Shown here: in pieces, positions 17,692 through 29,400 of the stretch | Position numbering within the stretch: the stretch's first letter is position 1 | Layout of the letters: the number at the start of each line of letters is the position of its first letter | Virus record (IMG/VR): IMGVR_UViG_3300042287_000536 | Length of the DNA stretch: 64,000 bases | Origin: an uncultured virus (IMG/VR IMGVR_UViG_3300042287_000536) | Taxonomy: Duplodnaviria > Heunggongvirae > Uroviricota > Caudoviricetes | Direction: 5' to 3' (one strand) | Notes under the pieces: generated by a model | Told to the model about the DNA's origin: nothing | The model's database searches: none | Seen by the model: the letters and a program-made list of their open reading frames with translations, nothing else | Made by a program: the position numbers and the translations under genes

Positions 17692-20600
17692 TTATTTTTT
17701 TAATGTACCTTGGAATGATTCAACAGCTTCTTCTGGTTTAAGATTATATCCAGAGTAACCCATCATCTTCAAGAAGTATGCCCATGACTTATTATCACCT
17801 TTATCCCATACTCCAGATTTTCTCTTAAAGTCTAACTCATCTGGATCCCAAGTTAAGAAAAACTGATTAGTAAATTTAATAACTCTTTCTAGAGTACTAG
17901 TCATTGCTGTTGGAGATCTAACAACTCTATATGCATCAGGAGGTGATATATAAGAAGATGTTTCACTCTTCATCCTTACTAACTCATACAAAGCAAAGTT
18001 ATAAGCATAATTGTCTTTTAATTCATCATCATCATCTCCCATAGAAGTAAGTATTGCTATTAAAGCTGTAGTAGTTACAATTGTTGCAAGTTCAGCTATA
18101 ACTCTTTTCATCTGAGCTTTTTGAAAAGGAGTATATGTAGACCACCCTTCAATCATGTTCCATTTAAAAGTTACTAAATCTTTGAAAAATAAATCCCAAA
18201 AAGTTCTATAGTAACCTTCAGTAAATGTACCAAGTTCTTGATCCATTGCTAAGTCATTAAATCTTCTACGGTATCCTGGTACTAAATGCTTTCTATACAT
18301 TATAGCTAATCTACTTACAGAATATTTTTGAGATGTACCTTTATCAAACTCATTATAGACACCATGCATTCTTTTATTTAAAGCATGTAAAGTATTTTGA
18401 AAGTTTTGTCTTTTTTTCTCAGAGAAGTTAGTATTTTCTGCAACACCATATGCTCCATAGAGAATATGAGCTTGTAAAAGACTTATTACTTCTCCTGTAT
18501 TTTTATCAGTAACCATTGTAGCATCCATTAAAGCACACATACCTGATACTTGAATTTCATGTTCAGCAAAAGATTGGTTAAAGAATATAGTATCTATACT
18601 CATTAATCTTAAAGCTGCAGTTCCTGTTACTTTTTTACCATACTGATCAATAAATTCTCCTTGTATGGCATCATAAAATTCAGCAAGTTGTCCTAATAAA
18701 CTAGTAGGAGTTGGTTGACCAAAGTCAGCAAGCATAGAAGGTACAGATTTCCAATAAAAACCTTTACCATTAGCTAAATTAGACTTAGCAAAAAACTGTC
18801 CAGAGTTAGCTTCAATAATCATTTGGATATTACCTTGTAAGTTATTGGCCATACCCTTTAATGCATCTAATGAAAGAGATGTTACTGCAGATATACCACT
18901 GGCTGTATTTGTAATTTTACTCATAGATAAACCAAATAACTCTTCAGCTGCTTGTGTTTCTCCATATACAATCATATCAATAAAGTCATCAACATGTTTT
19001 TGAGAATAACTTTCTCCATTTTTTTTAAGAAATCTTACAATGTTTTGCTTATTAGCAATTTGATTCATTATAGGCTCTCCTTTGCTGTTAGTTTCAGCAA
19101 CAGTTCTAGCTCCAACAACTGTTTTAAACAAAGATATCTCAGCATTTACTTCATTTAAAGCATGAAATCTATTAGACATTGCACTAAATAATAATACAGA
19201 TTTACCTAAATCAAGACTTATATCTTCAGGAGCTAAACTTTTTTGAGTATAATGAACAGGTATAAACTTAACACCTAAGTTTGATGCATTAGCTGTACCA
19301 TATTGTTGTGAATCTTGAGCTCTAATTTGTGTAGCATCTTTAAAGTTCTCAGTAACTGTATCAATAAGACCATTAGATAAAACTCTTTCATAATCTTCTT
19401 TAGGAACATCAGGTAATCTGTATCCTAATTTTTGTGATTCAGGAAGAAGTTCTTGAGCTTCAAAGTAAGTTTTTAAATAAAACTGATGTAGTTTTCCTTT
19501 TTCTCCAATAGGTTTACCATTTATATCATAAAGAGCTGACCATTTTGGATTAAGATACTTTTCTGATGGCTGAGTCATTTCCCACCTATATTGAATAGTA
19601 CCATTTTTAGTTTTAAAAACTCTAGAACTATACCAGTCATCATATTCTTTTTGACTAATTAAGTTTTTTTCTAGTTCTTTTTTCTTACTAGCAATAATAG
19701 CTTCTATCTCTTCAATAGGTTTAGATTGTTTATTTTCAGAATACCATTTACCAAGTCCTTCATTATACTTATCAAGTTTCTTTTGCTCATATTCTGTAGG
19801 ATTTGCACTTAAAACAGGAGCTAAACCTCTTCTTTTTTGTTCAGCTTTTGCTGCTTTATTATAAGCAGTCATGTCATATTTTTGTACAAAATGAGGAATT
19901 CTTTTAGTAACAATTTCTCCTGTTACACTATCTGTATAACTTTCTTCTACATACTCATAAATACCTTCATTAAATTCTGCTACATTGTTTCTGCTTATTG
20001 AAGTAGAATCTGCATAATCTAAAAAGTATTTAGCCCATTCATTTTTAGTTTCAACATTCTTTACATTAGCATAAGTAAGTTGACTCTTTATAGCTTTAGC
20101 AAATAAACCTAAAGCAGCATCTTTAGAACTAATTAAAGGATCAATTAAGTAAGAAAGTACACTCTCATCAGAACTAGCTTCTTTTAAAAGCTCTATCATT
20201 GAGTCTTTATCAAGAACAAAAGATTGAAACTTATCAAGTCTTTTTTGTAAAGGTTCTATAGCTTTAAGTTTTTCAGCTTCATTTTTAGAACTATCATTTT
20301 CAATAGCTTTAATTTGTTCTTGAAGTTTAGTTACTTCAGGCATTATATCTTCTCCAATATTTTCTGATTTATAATCTAATAAAAACTCAGCTATTAAAGG
20401 TCTACCAATTTCAACAAATTGTTGATTTATATTATTTTTTATTTCAATAGCTCTTGTAAGTTTTTGAGCAGGAGTAAGTAGTGCTTCTGGAATAGAAGGA
20501 TCTACCTTTTCACTAAAGAAATCAAAAATATCTTGTTTATTAATCTCATCAAGAATAGAATAACCATTAGCAAATTCATTAATAGCAGATAACTCTTGCA

Positions 20601-21060
20601 TTAATTCTCTACTTGTTAAGTTCTTTTCATTAGCAATAATCTTAGCAAATCTATCTTTAGCAAGTTGGGATTTTTTATAAGCATCATCAATAAACATTGT
20701 TATAGACTCAACTCCTTCAAGAGCTGCAAAGTCATCAATAACCTTTTGCAATCTAGCTTGCTTTTCAGGTTGATCAGCAATCTTCTTTTTAGTTAAGATA
20801 GTGTATTGTGTAGTAAGATATACTTTAATATCATCTATTAATTTAGAAAACTTATCAGGTTTTACTTCAGGCTCTAAAGGTTCTGTTGGCCCAGGTCTTT
20901 CTGTTTCAAAAGTTTCTCCATCAACTTCTAAGTTAAACTCATCTTTTGAACCAAAACCATCAGGTTTTCTCCATTCTATAAGTGCAGCATCTCTATCACC
21001 ATTAGCATCAGCTAATGTCTTTTTCCACTCATCACTTGATTCAATTGGGCAGGCTAGCAT
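17692..21060 (-). CDS. Large virion ejection/cargo protein, 1122 aa
   Basis: Downstream of the vRNAP genes; helical, with C-terminal hydrophobic segment IAELATIVTTTALIAIL; starts MLACP. Confidence 0.7.
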   Translation of the reverse strand: MLACPIESSDEWKKTLADANGDRDAALIEWRKPDGFGSKDEFNLEVDGETFETERPGPTEPLEPEVKPDKFSKLIDDIKVYLTTQYTILTKKKIADQPEKQARLQKVIDDFAALEGVESITMFIDDAYKKSQLAKDRFAKIIANEKNLTSRELMQELSAINEFANGYSILDEINKQDIFDFFSEKVDPSIPEALLTPAQKLTRAIEIKNNINQQFVEIGRPLIAEFLLDYKSENIGEDIMPEVTKLQEQIKAIENDSSKNEAEKLKAIEPLQKRLDKFQSFVLDKDSMIELLKEASSDESVLSYLIDPLISSKDAALGLFAKAIKSQLTYANVKNVETKNEWAKYFLDYADSTSISRNNVAEFNEGIYEYVEESYTDSVTGEIVTKRIPHFVQKYDMTAYNKAAKAEQKRRGLAPVLSANPTEYEQKKLDKYNEGLGKWYSENKQSKPIEEIEAIIASKKKELEKNLISQKEYDDWYSSRVFKTKNGTIQYRWEMTQPSEKYLNPKWSALYDINGKPIGEKGKLHQFYLKTYFEAQELLPESQKLGYRLPDVPKEDYERVLSNGLIDTVTENFKDATQIRAQDSQQYGTANASNLGVKFIPVHYTQKSLAPEDISLDLGKSVLLFSAMSNRFHALNEVNAEISLFKTVVGARTVAETNSKGEPIMNQIANKQNIVRFLKKNGESYSQKHVDDFIDMIVYGETQAAEELFGLSMSKITNTASGISAVTSLSLDALKGMANNLQGNIQMIIEANSGQFFAKSNLANGKGFYWKSVPSMLADFGQPTPTSLLGQLAEFYDAIQGEFIDQYGKKVTGTAALRLMSIDTIFFNQSFAEHEIQVSGMCALMDATMVTDKNTGEVISLLQAHILYGAYGVAENTNFSEKKRQNFQNTLHALNKRMHGVYNEFDKGTSQKYSVSRLAIMYRKHLVPGYRRRFNDLAMDQELGTFTEGYYRTFWDLFFKDLVTFKWNMIEGWSTYTPFQKAQMKRVIAELATIVTTTALIAILTSMGDDDDELKDNYAYNFALYELVRMKSETSSYISPPDAYRVVRSPTAMTSTLERVIKFTNQFFLTWDPDELDFKRKSGVWDKGDNKSWAYFLKMMGYSGYNLKPEEAVESFQGTLKK

Positions 21061-23402
21061 ATCAGTTTTAATAATTTGTTAATAATCTTATTTAATTCTT
21101 CTTGGGTTGTTGCAGCCTCTAAATTACTAATAATATCATTTGCATCATAACCTTTTTCAGCTAAAATTTCATCAAGTCTATATTTTTCTATACTATTGTT
21201 TACAGAATCTATTGTCTCAGCTTGTTCAGCAACATTGATAGGTGTAACTATAACATCTCCTTCTTCCATATAACCTGTTTTAAGGTTTACATCTCTTAAG
21301 TATATTTCTTTAGTGTCTTTATCTACTAAATTATATAGATTTTTCTTATTAAGTTTCCAATTATGAACATTATTTATACCTGTAAAAAACTCAGATGGTA
21401 ATATATTATTGTTCATCATAACAGCATTATTAAACTTATCAGTTTCTGCTTTAGGAACAAGAGGCTCACTATCTTTACCAGGAATTGCTATTCCAAAGTT
21501 TTTAATAACTTTTTTAGTAATATAATCATTTATCTCCTCATCTATCTCTTGAATATTCTCATTAGGTACAAACCTGTTATAATCCCATATGTCTTTATAT
21601 CTTGCAAATTTTAATTTAGCAGCAAAGATATCTTTCCAATTAGCTAATTTAATAGAAACTTTATCAGAAGTAACAAATTCAAAGGCTTCATTTTTATTTG
21701 ATTTTTGGTAATCTTCATAGCTAAAAAAGTCAATAACTTTACCAGTTACACCATTTTCCTTTTCAACCATTTTATTCTTAACCTCATCAAACTCTAAAGC
21801 ATAAGTACCTACAGTTTCCTCAGTTTTTTTATCTACAACACTATAAGAATCTATAATAATTTTATCACCATATTTTTTGGCCTCATAACCTTTAATTTCA
21901 TAACCTTCTGGAGCTATTAAATAACTATCAGTAGTATAGCCTCCTTTTACATCTTGAATGTCTCTGACAAAAATAGCATCAGGATACACTTCTTTAAAAA
22001 TTTTATCTGTCTCTTCTCTAGAGAAAGGGCTTACCCAATCAATATCATGTAAAGGGTTCTCATTTGGTCTTAATATAGTACCCTGTTCTGATAAAGCTGT
22101 AGATCCTGTAAGAATAAAACCTTTTTGTGAAAGCTTATATATAATTTTTTTACCAAACTCATCTTTTAATAAAGCTTGTTTAATGGATACAGGTTTGGTA
22201 ATCTTACCTTCAGCTCCTGGTTTATATATACTTGCTGTAATAAAGTTTTTATTTTGCTTAACTACATTATCTACAATAATACCAATGTTTTTATTAATAG
22301 TAGTAACATCAGATTTCTTAAATAACCCAAAGAACTTACTAATAATCTTCTTGATTTTACTTACTAATGACTTATCATTTGAAATATCATATCTACCTTG
22401 TAGTTCATTAGCAATTAGAATACCTATTCTTTTAAAATAGTCTTGATCTTTTAATAAATCACTATAATTATTAGTAGTAACATAATCACCTCTATCTAAG
22501 AATTCTTCTAAGTTTTGAGTATCAGTACTTAAATTTTCAAACTCATTCTCAATATAGTTATTAACTTGAAAAACATTTTTATTTTTAGATACTCTATCTA
22601 CATACAACTCATTATATAACTCTTCATCAATATCATAAGGATTAGTAGATCTTTCAGATATACCTTTTATTATGTTAGGTATATTCTCTGCACTAGGAAC
22701 AAAGAATTTCTTATATGTTAAGCCTAAGTTTTTAATTTTAGCCTCATTTAAAGGACTTAATATAATTTTAGTATCACTTACTGCTTCTATTAATTTTACA
22801 AGTTCTTTACCAACATCTTCATTTTTGTTAAGCTCCATAGATGCATCCATAGTATTCATATCTAAACCTGTTATATTCTTAACAGCTTTAAATAATAAAT
22901 CATCCATATCAACAAACTTGTTAGGATTTTTTTTAGCCAAAACACTTTTACCTAAACCTGATGCTACATAGTATATAGCACTCTTTTTTATCTTTAGTTT
23001 AGCATCATTCTTTGCAAAGTCTAATATAATGTCTTTTACAAGACCATTATGTTTCATCATGTAAGCAATGAATTCACCAGCTATTTCTGGCAAGTTTTTC
23101 CTGTCTTTAACAAAGGCAATCTTAGATAGAATGTCAGCATAACCTACTTCATCAATATTTAACTTATCTTTTACTTCATTGATATCTTTTACAGTGATAC
23201 CAAATTGAGCAAGATAGTTTTCAAATATTTTAGATACATCATTGCCAGCATTTTTAATAAGAGCTTTATCATAAGAAGCCTCAGCTTTATTTACAGGTTC
23301 ACCTTCAGACTGTTTATCAAACTCAATCTCAGCTAATAAAGGATTTTTAACTTTTTTAAGTAAAATCTTAAATAAAGAATCATTGGGATTTACACAGCTC
23401 AT
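21054..23402 (-). CDS. Multidomain ejection protein with P-loop kinase-like and nucleotidyltransferase-like domains
   Basis: IYYVASGLGKS...FVDMDDLL; GFILTGSTAL..QG...LHDIDWV...IDFF; starts MSC, ends LIC. Confidence 0.65.
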   Translation of the reverse strand: MSCVNPNDSLFKILLKKVKNPLLAEIEFDKQSEGEPVNKAEASYDKALIKNAGNDVSKIFENYLAQFGITVKDINEVKDKLNIDEVGYADILSKIAFVKDRKNLPEIAGEFIAYMMKHNGLVKDIILDFAKNDAKLKIKKSAIYYVASGLGKSVLAKKNPNKFVDMDDLLFKAVKNITGLDMNTMDASMELNKNEDVGKELVKLIEAVSDTKIILSPLNEAKIKNLGLTYKKFFVPSAENIPNIIKGISERSTNPYDIDEELYNELYVDRVSKNKNVFQVNNYIENEFENLSTDTQNLEEFLDRGDYVTTNNYSDLLKDQDYFKRIGILIANELQGRYDISNDKSLVSKIKKIISKFFGLFKKSDVTTINKNIGIIVDNVVKQNKNFITASIYKPGAEGKITKPVSIKQALLKDEFGKKIIYKLSQKGFILTGSTALSEQGTILRPNENPLHDIDWVSPFSREETDKIFKEVYPDAIFVRDIQDVKGGYTTDSYLIAPEGYEIKGYEAKKYGDKIIIDSYSVVDKKTEETVGTYALEFDEVKNKMVEKENGVTGKVIDFFSYEDYQKSNKNEAFEFVTSDKVSIKLANWKDIFAAKLKFARYKDIWDYNRFVPNENIQEIDEEINDYITKKVIKNFGIAIPGKDSEPLVPKAETDKFNNAVMMNNNILPSEFFTGINNVHNWKLNKKNLYNLVDKDTKEIYLRDVNLKTGYMEEGDVIVTPINVAEQAETIDSVNNSIEKYRLDEILAEKGYDANDIISNLEAATTQEELNKIINKLLKLIC

Positions 23403-23403
23403 A

Positions 23404-26400
23404 TTAGTAACATTCTTTTAGTTTATTAATTATAGTAACAGGGTTCTTAGTTTTATCATTCAAAGCTTCATTGATATACTCATAAGCTTCTTGTTGAGTT
23501 ACACCATGTTTGGCTGCTAAGTTAGTTAAAATTTCTCTCTTTCTATCTATTGTAAATTCAGGCATAGTTTTAAAGTCTAATGCTTCAGTAGATGGTTGAG
23601 TAGTACTTTCAGGATTAATTCCCCAATAGTTATACCCTTTAGAAGTTTGACCTGTTGGAACTCCTAATTCAGCTTGTACTAAAGCTTCTCCTTGTTTATT
23701 CCATGATCTATTAGCATCAGAAGTTGAGTCCATTATAATAGTACCACCTGCTTCAATTATTTCTCTAGCTTGTAAATAAGTATCTTCTATCTGTTTATCT
23801 GTAGCTTTATTATTACCATTTACAGAAACAAAAGCTATTACTTGTGGGCCAACTTTAATTTCATCATTAACAGGAATACCTTGTTTTTTAGCATCTTGTA
23901 AATAAGCATAACTTGATGTTCCAGAATTAGGATAAGAAATAAAAGCATTTGCTAAATTAGCTTTACCTTGATCTTTACCTTTTTTATCTATAGAAAGTTT
24001 AAAACCTTTAGGTATAACACTACTAGATGGTTGAGTAGCATCAATCTTTTTCATTAAAGGAGTAAGTAACTTATCATACTTAAGATAAATTTCTTTTCTC
24101 TTTTCTTGATCTGCTGGGTTAGTCATAGCAGCATACGCTGCTTTTTCTTTTGCTCTAAGTCTATCAACTTCTTTTTCTTCAGCAGATTGTTGAGTAGTTG
24201 TACTCTTTTCAGTTACAACTGGACTAATTACTGGTTTAGTACTCATGTCAGTACTAGTACTGAAGAAGTTCTTAGGAGAATCTCCAAAGCCTTCAGCAAA
24301 TATTACTACATCATTACCTTGACTTAATATTCTGTCAATAGCAATATCAATATTTTTTTGAGCAGCTTTAATTTCTTCAGGAGTTAAGTCCTTACCAACC
24401 TTGTGTAAGTCAGCTGGAGAAAGTAAGAATATAACATTAGGGTTTGCTTTTATTAATTTTTCAACCCTATCCTTAGTAACTGGATACTCTCTACCATTCT
24501 GAACATAAGTACTAGTTATATTAAATATTCCTGTAGGAATTTCAGTATCTCCTGTTACTGGCTTAATGAATGGTTGTTCATAGATGTTATTTTCAGCATC
24601 AGGTAAGTTAGAAATATCAACTTTTAAATTAGCTCCTCTGTTTCTTAATTTTCCTTGAGATGCACTATTCTCCATTTCAAACAGTTTCTTTAAACCACCA
24701 AAAATTGTATCAGGATCAGTTGTTTCAATCTTTTTAAGAAACTTCTCAGAAGCTTTTTCCATTATTTCTTGATACTTTTCATAAGGCATCATACTAGATA
24801 AAGAGAACTTACTTGAATCCATACCTGATTGTAAGAAAGCATAGATAGGAAGATTCTCAAAAAACTTACTTATGTAAGCATTAGCTTTACCATCACTGTA
24901 TTTTTTACTAGTTAATTTAGGTTCACCAACATTAGATAAATTATTCCATTGGGTATAGTATTCACTAATTAAACCTTCATCAAGATTCTCATAATTTTTT
25001 AATTGGAAGTTTAACACATCTCTATAAGCAGCTATGTTAGGTATACCTTGAGGCATAAACTGTTTTAACATAGAGTATTTAGTAAGATCACTCATCTCAG
25101 GATAGTTTGTAATGATATCCATCAACTCTCTAGCTATAGTATTGTCTCCAGATCTAAATAACTGCCATATGTTGTAAGTATTAGTTAAAGCTTTATTAGC
25201 TAACATATCTTCATAGGTAAGATTATTTAATCTATTAACATATTCTTCATTAGTTTCTTCATCTGTTTGTTTATACTCTAAAGAACCTGAATCTTTTAAT
25301 CTTTTTCTTCTGGTAAGAAACTCATTTGTATCAATAACATCAGCAAGAGTAGTTCTCTTTCTTAAGTATTCTCTCTCTAACCCAAACTCAATAAAATCAG
25401 TTCTTAGTTTTTCATTAGGTACAAAATACATTTGTTGATCTTTCCCCATTTTTACTAATCTTGGAAATGCTTTACCATTAATAGGAGTTAAACCTCTATT
25501 CTTATAAGAGTTTTCATCAGTACTAGTAGCTAAGTATAAACCAGCATCAAAATCCTGATTAAGTTGTTCTAAAAACTTAGGATTAATAACTTCATTTTTA
25601 TATTCAGTATCTCCAGATTTATAAACTCTTAACTCATTAGCAAAAATGTACTGAGAAATAAAGTTTTTAAACTTAGTAATATAAGTTTCACTGTCATATC
25701 CTGTAGCTTTTTTTGCTTGAGACATAGCAGTTCTATTTTTAAAAGTTTTAATAAGAAAGTTATTTAACTGAGCATCATCTCTTAACTTAAATAATCTACT
25801 AAACAATCTTCTAGCAAAATCTTGTATAAAATATGGAGATATAATACTATCTGTAGATAGTTTTTGTATTGGACCAGGATCTAAAGTTGGTGTATTTGCA
25901 AGACCAGCAACTTCTTCAATTTTTGCTTGAGCTGAGTATTGATCACCACTAGGTTTAGTATCAGGATTCATTGCTTTTTTCATTGCATCATAATCCTCAA
26001 TAATTTTTTCTACATACAAGTACTCTAAGAATGCAGCTATTTGATTAGGATCTTTATAGTTTAACTTTGATTTTACTAATCCTTCAAGAGTTTCTTTAGT
26101 GAAAGTTTCAGGTTTCTTAAAATAGTTTAAAGCTGTTGTAATATTATAAATACTATCTTTTGGCAAGTCCTTATAACCATTTTTAGAGAGAATTTCAGCT
26201 TCAGCTTCTGGTAAATATTCTGAAATAGTCTTTAACATATTAGGAGCTACATCATACTGAGTACCAAAATTAAACAACTTTGATAAAGTAGCTTTAGCCT
26301 TAGCTTTGTCTTTAACATACTGTCTAGTCATTGGATTAGATACAAAGTATGCTATAGTTTCAATAGGAACACCAGCCTCTAATAAGAATAAGAACTTAGG

Positions 26401-29400
26401 TACAACTTCAGGATTACCTTGTAAGTAAGCAACCCAAGCATCTTTACCAGCATCCACAAAACCATTCATCATCTGATTGATAATATCAGCAATAGAATTC
26501 TTACCTTCTTTATCCATGATGTGAGATAAGGATATAGCACCATCAAGTTTGTTATGAGCAAGATTTAAATCTAAAGGAATTTCTACAACTTGATTAGCCC
26601 ATACAGTTTTTGTATCCCATTTATTTGTTTTTTTATTGAAAGATCTTTTAGTTTCAGCTACTTTTGCTGTAACATTTACAGATTTTTGCATCTTAGCTCC
26701 TGCCATATTAAGCAAGTTATTGATGTAGTTATCTACAGCAGCAATACCTAATGAGTCTTTACTACTAAAGTTTTCTTGATGCTTTTTAATATTATAAGTT
26801 TCAGTATATATTTTTGTAGTACTGATTCCTTTCTTGTACATTTTATTACCAGTCATTAGAGATTTGGTAAAGTCAGTCTCATTATCAGCTTCTTGTATAT
26901 AACCTTTTATCTTATCAGCATAAGGCTTAACTAAGTTAGTATCATTTGGAGACATTAATGAAGCAGCTAGTTCAGGTAACTCAAGAATATTAACCATATC
27001 TTGAATTAGTTTATTTTGAAGACCACCTCCTAAGTTATTTTCATTATCATTAAGATCAGAAAGTTCAGTATATACTTTACTAAGTTCAGATTTATTTTTA
27101 TATAATGATCTTAAAGCTCCATCAACAGCATCAACATCTTCTAAAGTAATTCCTTTTATTGAGTAGTTGTAAATAAGACTAGCTTTAGGAAAGAATTCTT
27201 TTACAAGATTTTCTACATTTGGATCACTCATAATTTTTATGATCTCTTTACTTTTAGAACTTGTAAGTGAATTTAATAAATCAGCATCAATATTTAAACC
27301 TCTAGCTCTTATGCTAACAGCTTTTCTAAAGTCATTAAGTTTAAGATTAATATCTAACCATTGAGCTTGTTTTTTATTTTTAAGTATTTCAATAGCTCCT
27401 TTAGTAATTTTTAAATCTTCAAACTTTTGTTCTAACTCTTTTCTTTCTGCTTCAATTCCTTCTTTATCATACTTCCTCATTAACTTACCACTTCTAGTAA
27501 GAAATGGCATGTAGGTAGTCATCTTATCAACGTCAAAGTCAGTACCTGATTTAGCTACAATCTCAGCAGGAATAATGATAATTGGTCCAGCCTCTGGTCT
27601 TAAGAACTCAGCTACTTCACCAAACTCCATAGAGTTATGACCTTGTACTGGAATCCTTACACCTGTAAGTCTTAACTTTTTATTATTCTCATCATTAGCT
27701 CTCCAGGCATCAACTCTAAGCATTTCATTTAATCTAATGAAACTAGCATCAAAGTCAAGTTCTTCTTGATCTTCATCTTTATATATAGCAATAGGCTGTC
27801 CTGAATTTACATATTCACCAGCTTCATTAAGAATAAAGTAATCAGTTTGAAATAAATTTTCATCCATCTTACCTAAGGCTCTTTTGAACATAAAGCCTAT
27901 ACTGTTATTTATACCATCAACAGCATAAGGTTTTAAACCATTAGTTGCAAAATCATCTTTATATTTAGCTTTTTCTTCTGCAGTAGCATTTCTAAGTTTA
28001 GTATTTTGCATGAAAGCTGATGATACCTCAACTAAAGGTTCACCTTTTAACTTGGTCTTAACTAATCTGTTATTAACCATAGCCATAATCATTCTTTCAA
28101 ATCTAGCTGCTAAAGGACTAACACTTAAGTCTAACTTGTCAATATTAGATGATGATTCTAATAATTCTCTTTCATGTGCACTAAAGCCTTGTCTTTTAAA
28201 TTCTTTATTTAAAACTACAAGCATTGATTTAATTTTTGCATCATCTACTTTTTCAGCATATAAATCATCTTCTGTCCAGCCTAGTTCTTCAAGTAATTCT
28301 TCTTTCTTAAACTTTACATAATCATCAATACTCTCCTTGAATTCTTCAGTATAATCATGAAATTTACTTTCAAGTCTTTTGTATTTAACTTTATCCCAAG
28401 CTGTTTGTGCCTCTTCAGGACTGTTAAAGTTATTAGCTTTAATATAATCTGTTGGTACACCATAAGCATACAATAAACTAGTTATTAACTTACGTAACTG
28501 AGTAGAGAATGTAGATTGTTGTTTAAAGTAAGTATTAACTGAGGTTTGGTTCTTTAAGTAAGCAATATAAATAGTATTAGGTGTAAAAGTAAAGTCAGCT
28601 TTAAGATTACTTGTATCTCCTTCATATATAGAATCTCCCTTACTTTCAGGACTAGACTTAATAGATGATCTTTTAGAACCAGATGTAAATGTAATATAGT
28701 CAATGTTTTGAGAAATCATTGCTTTATGTACATCATTAGCAGGGAAGTCTTTAATAACACTTGGTATTAATGGGAATAATGAATACTTATGAAAAGCTTG
28801 TATAGGAAATCTACCAACTTCTGTAGCAAGTGGTCCATCGTATTGTAATTTATATACAGGAAACATGTTAGTTAACTCAGTAGCAGTAATTGTTTCTCCA
28901 TTTATAACTTTAAAGTACAAAGCTTCTTGTTCATTTGACCAATTACCTTCAGCTTGTCTAAGTATTCTATAAGTATCAAAAGTAATTAAAGCTTGACCAT
29001 CCGCATCTTGAATGTTAATAAAGGCTTTCATTTTACCTCCTTTAAATACATTACTGTAATTACCTTCTGCATCAACTTCAGCATTACCTATCTCACCTGT
29101 GTCAGGATCTACACCATATAAAGCTGCATTAATTTCATCTTCATCAGTTAATCCTTTATCTATATAGTCTCTTTTAAATAAATCTCTGTACATATTAAAG
29201 TAAACTGAAGTAACTTCACTTTCTTGTATAATTGCTGAATTAAGAGTAGGCCCATAAGTTCTTACTTCTTTTTCTGCAATAATCTTATCAGCTATAAGTT
29301 TTTGTTCATAAGGTCTTCCTACTTTAGCATCAATAAAGATCTTAGTCAATAGATCAACAGGAAATATAGTACCACCAGATTGAGAACCAGGACCTCTCTT

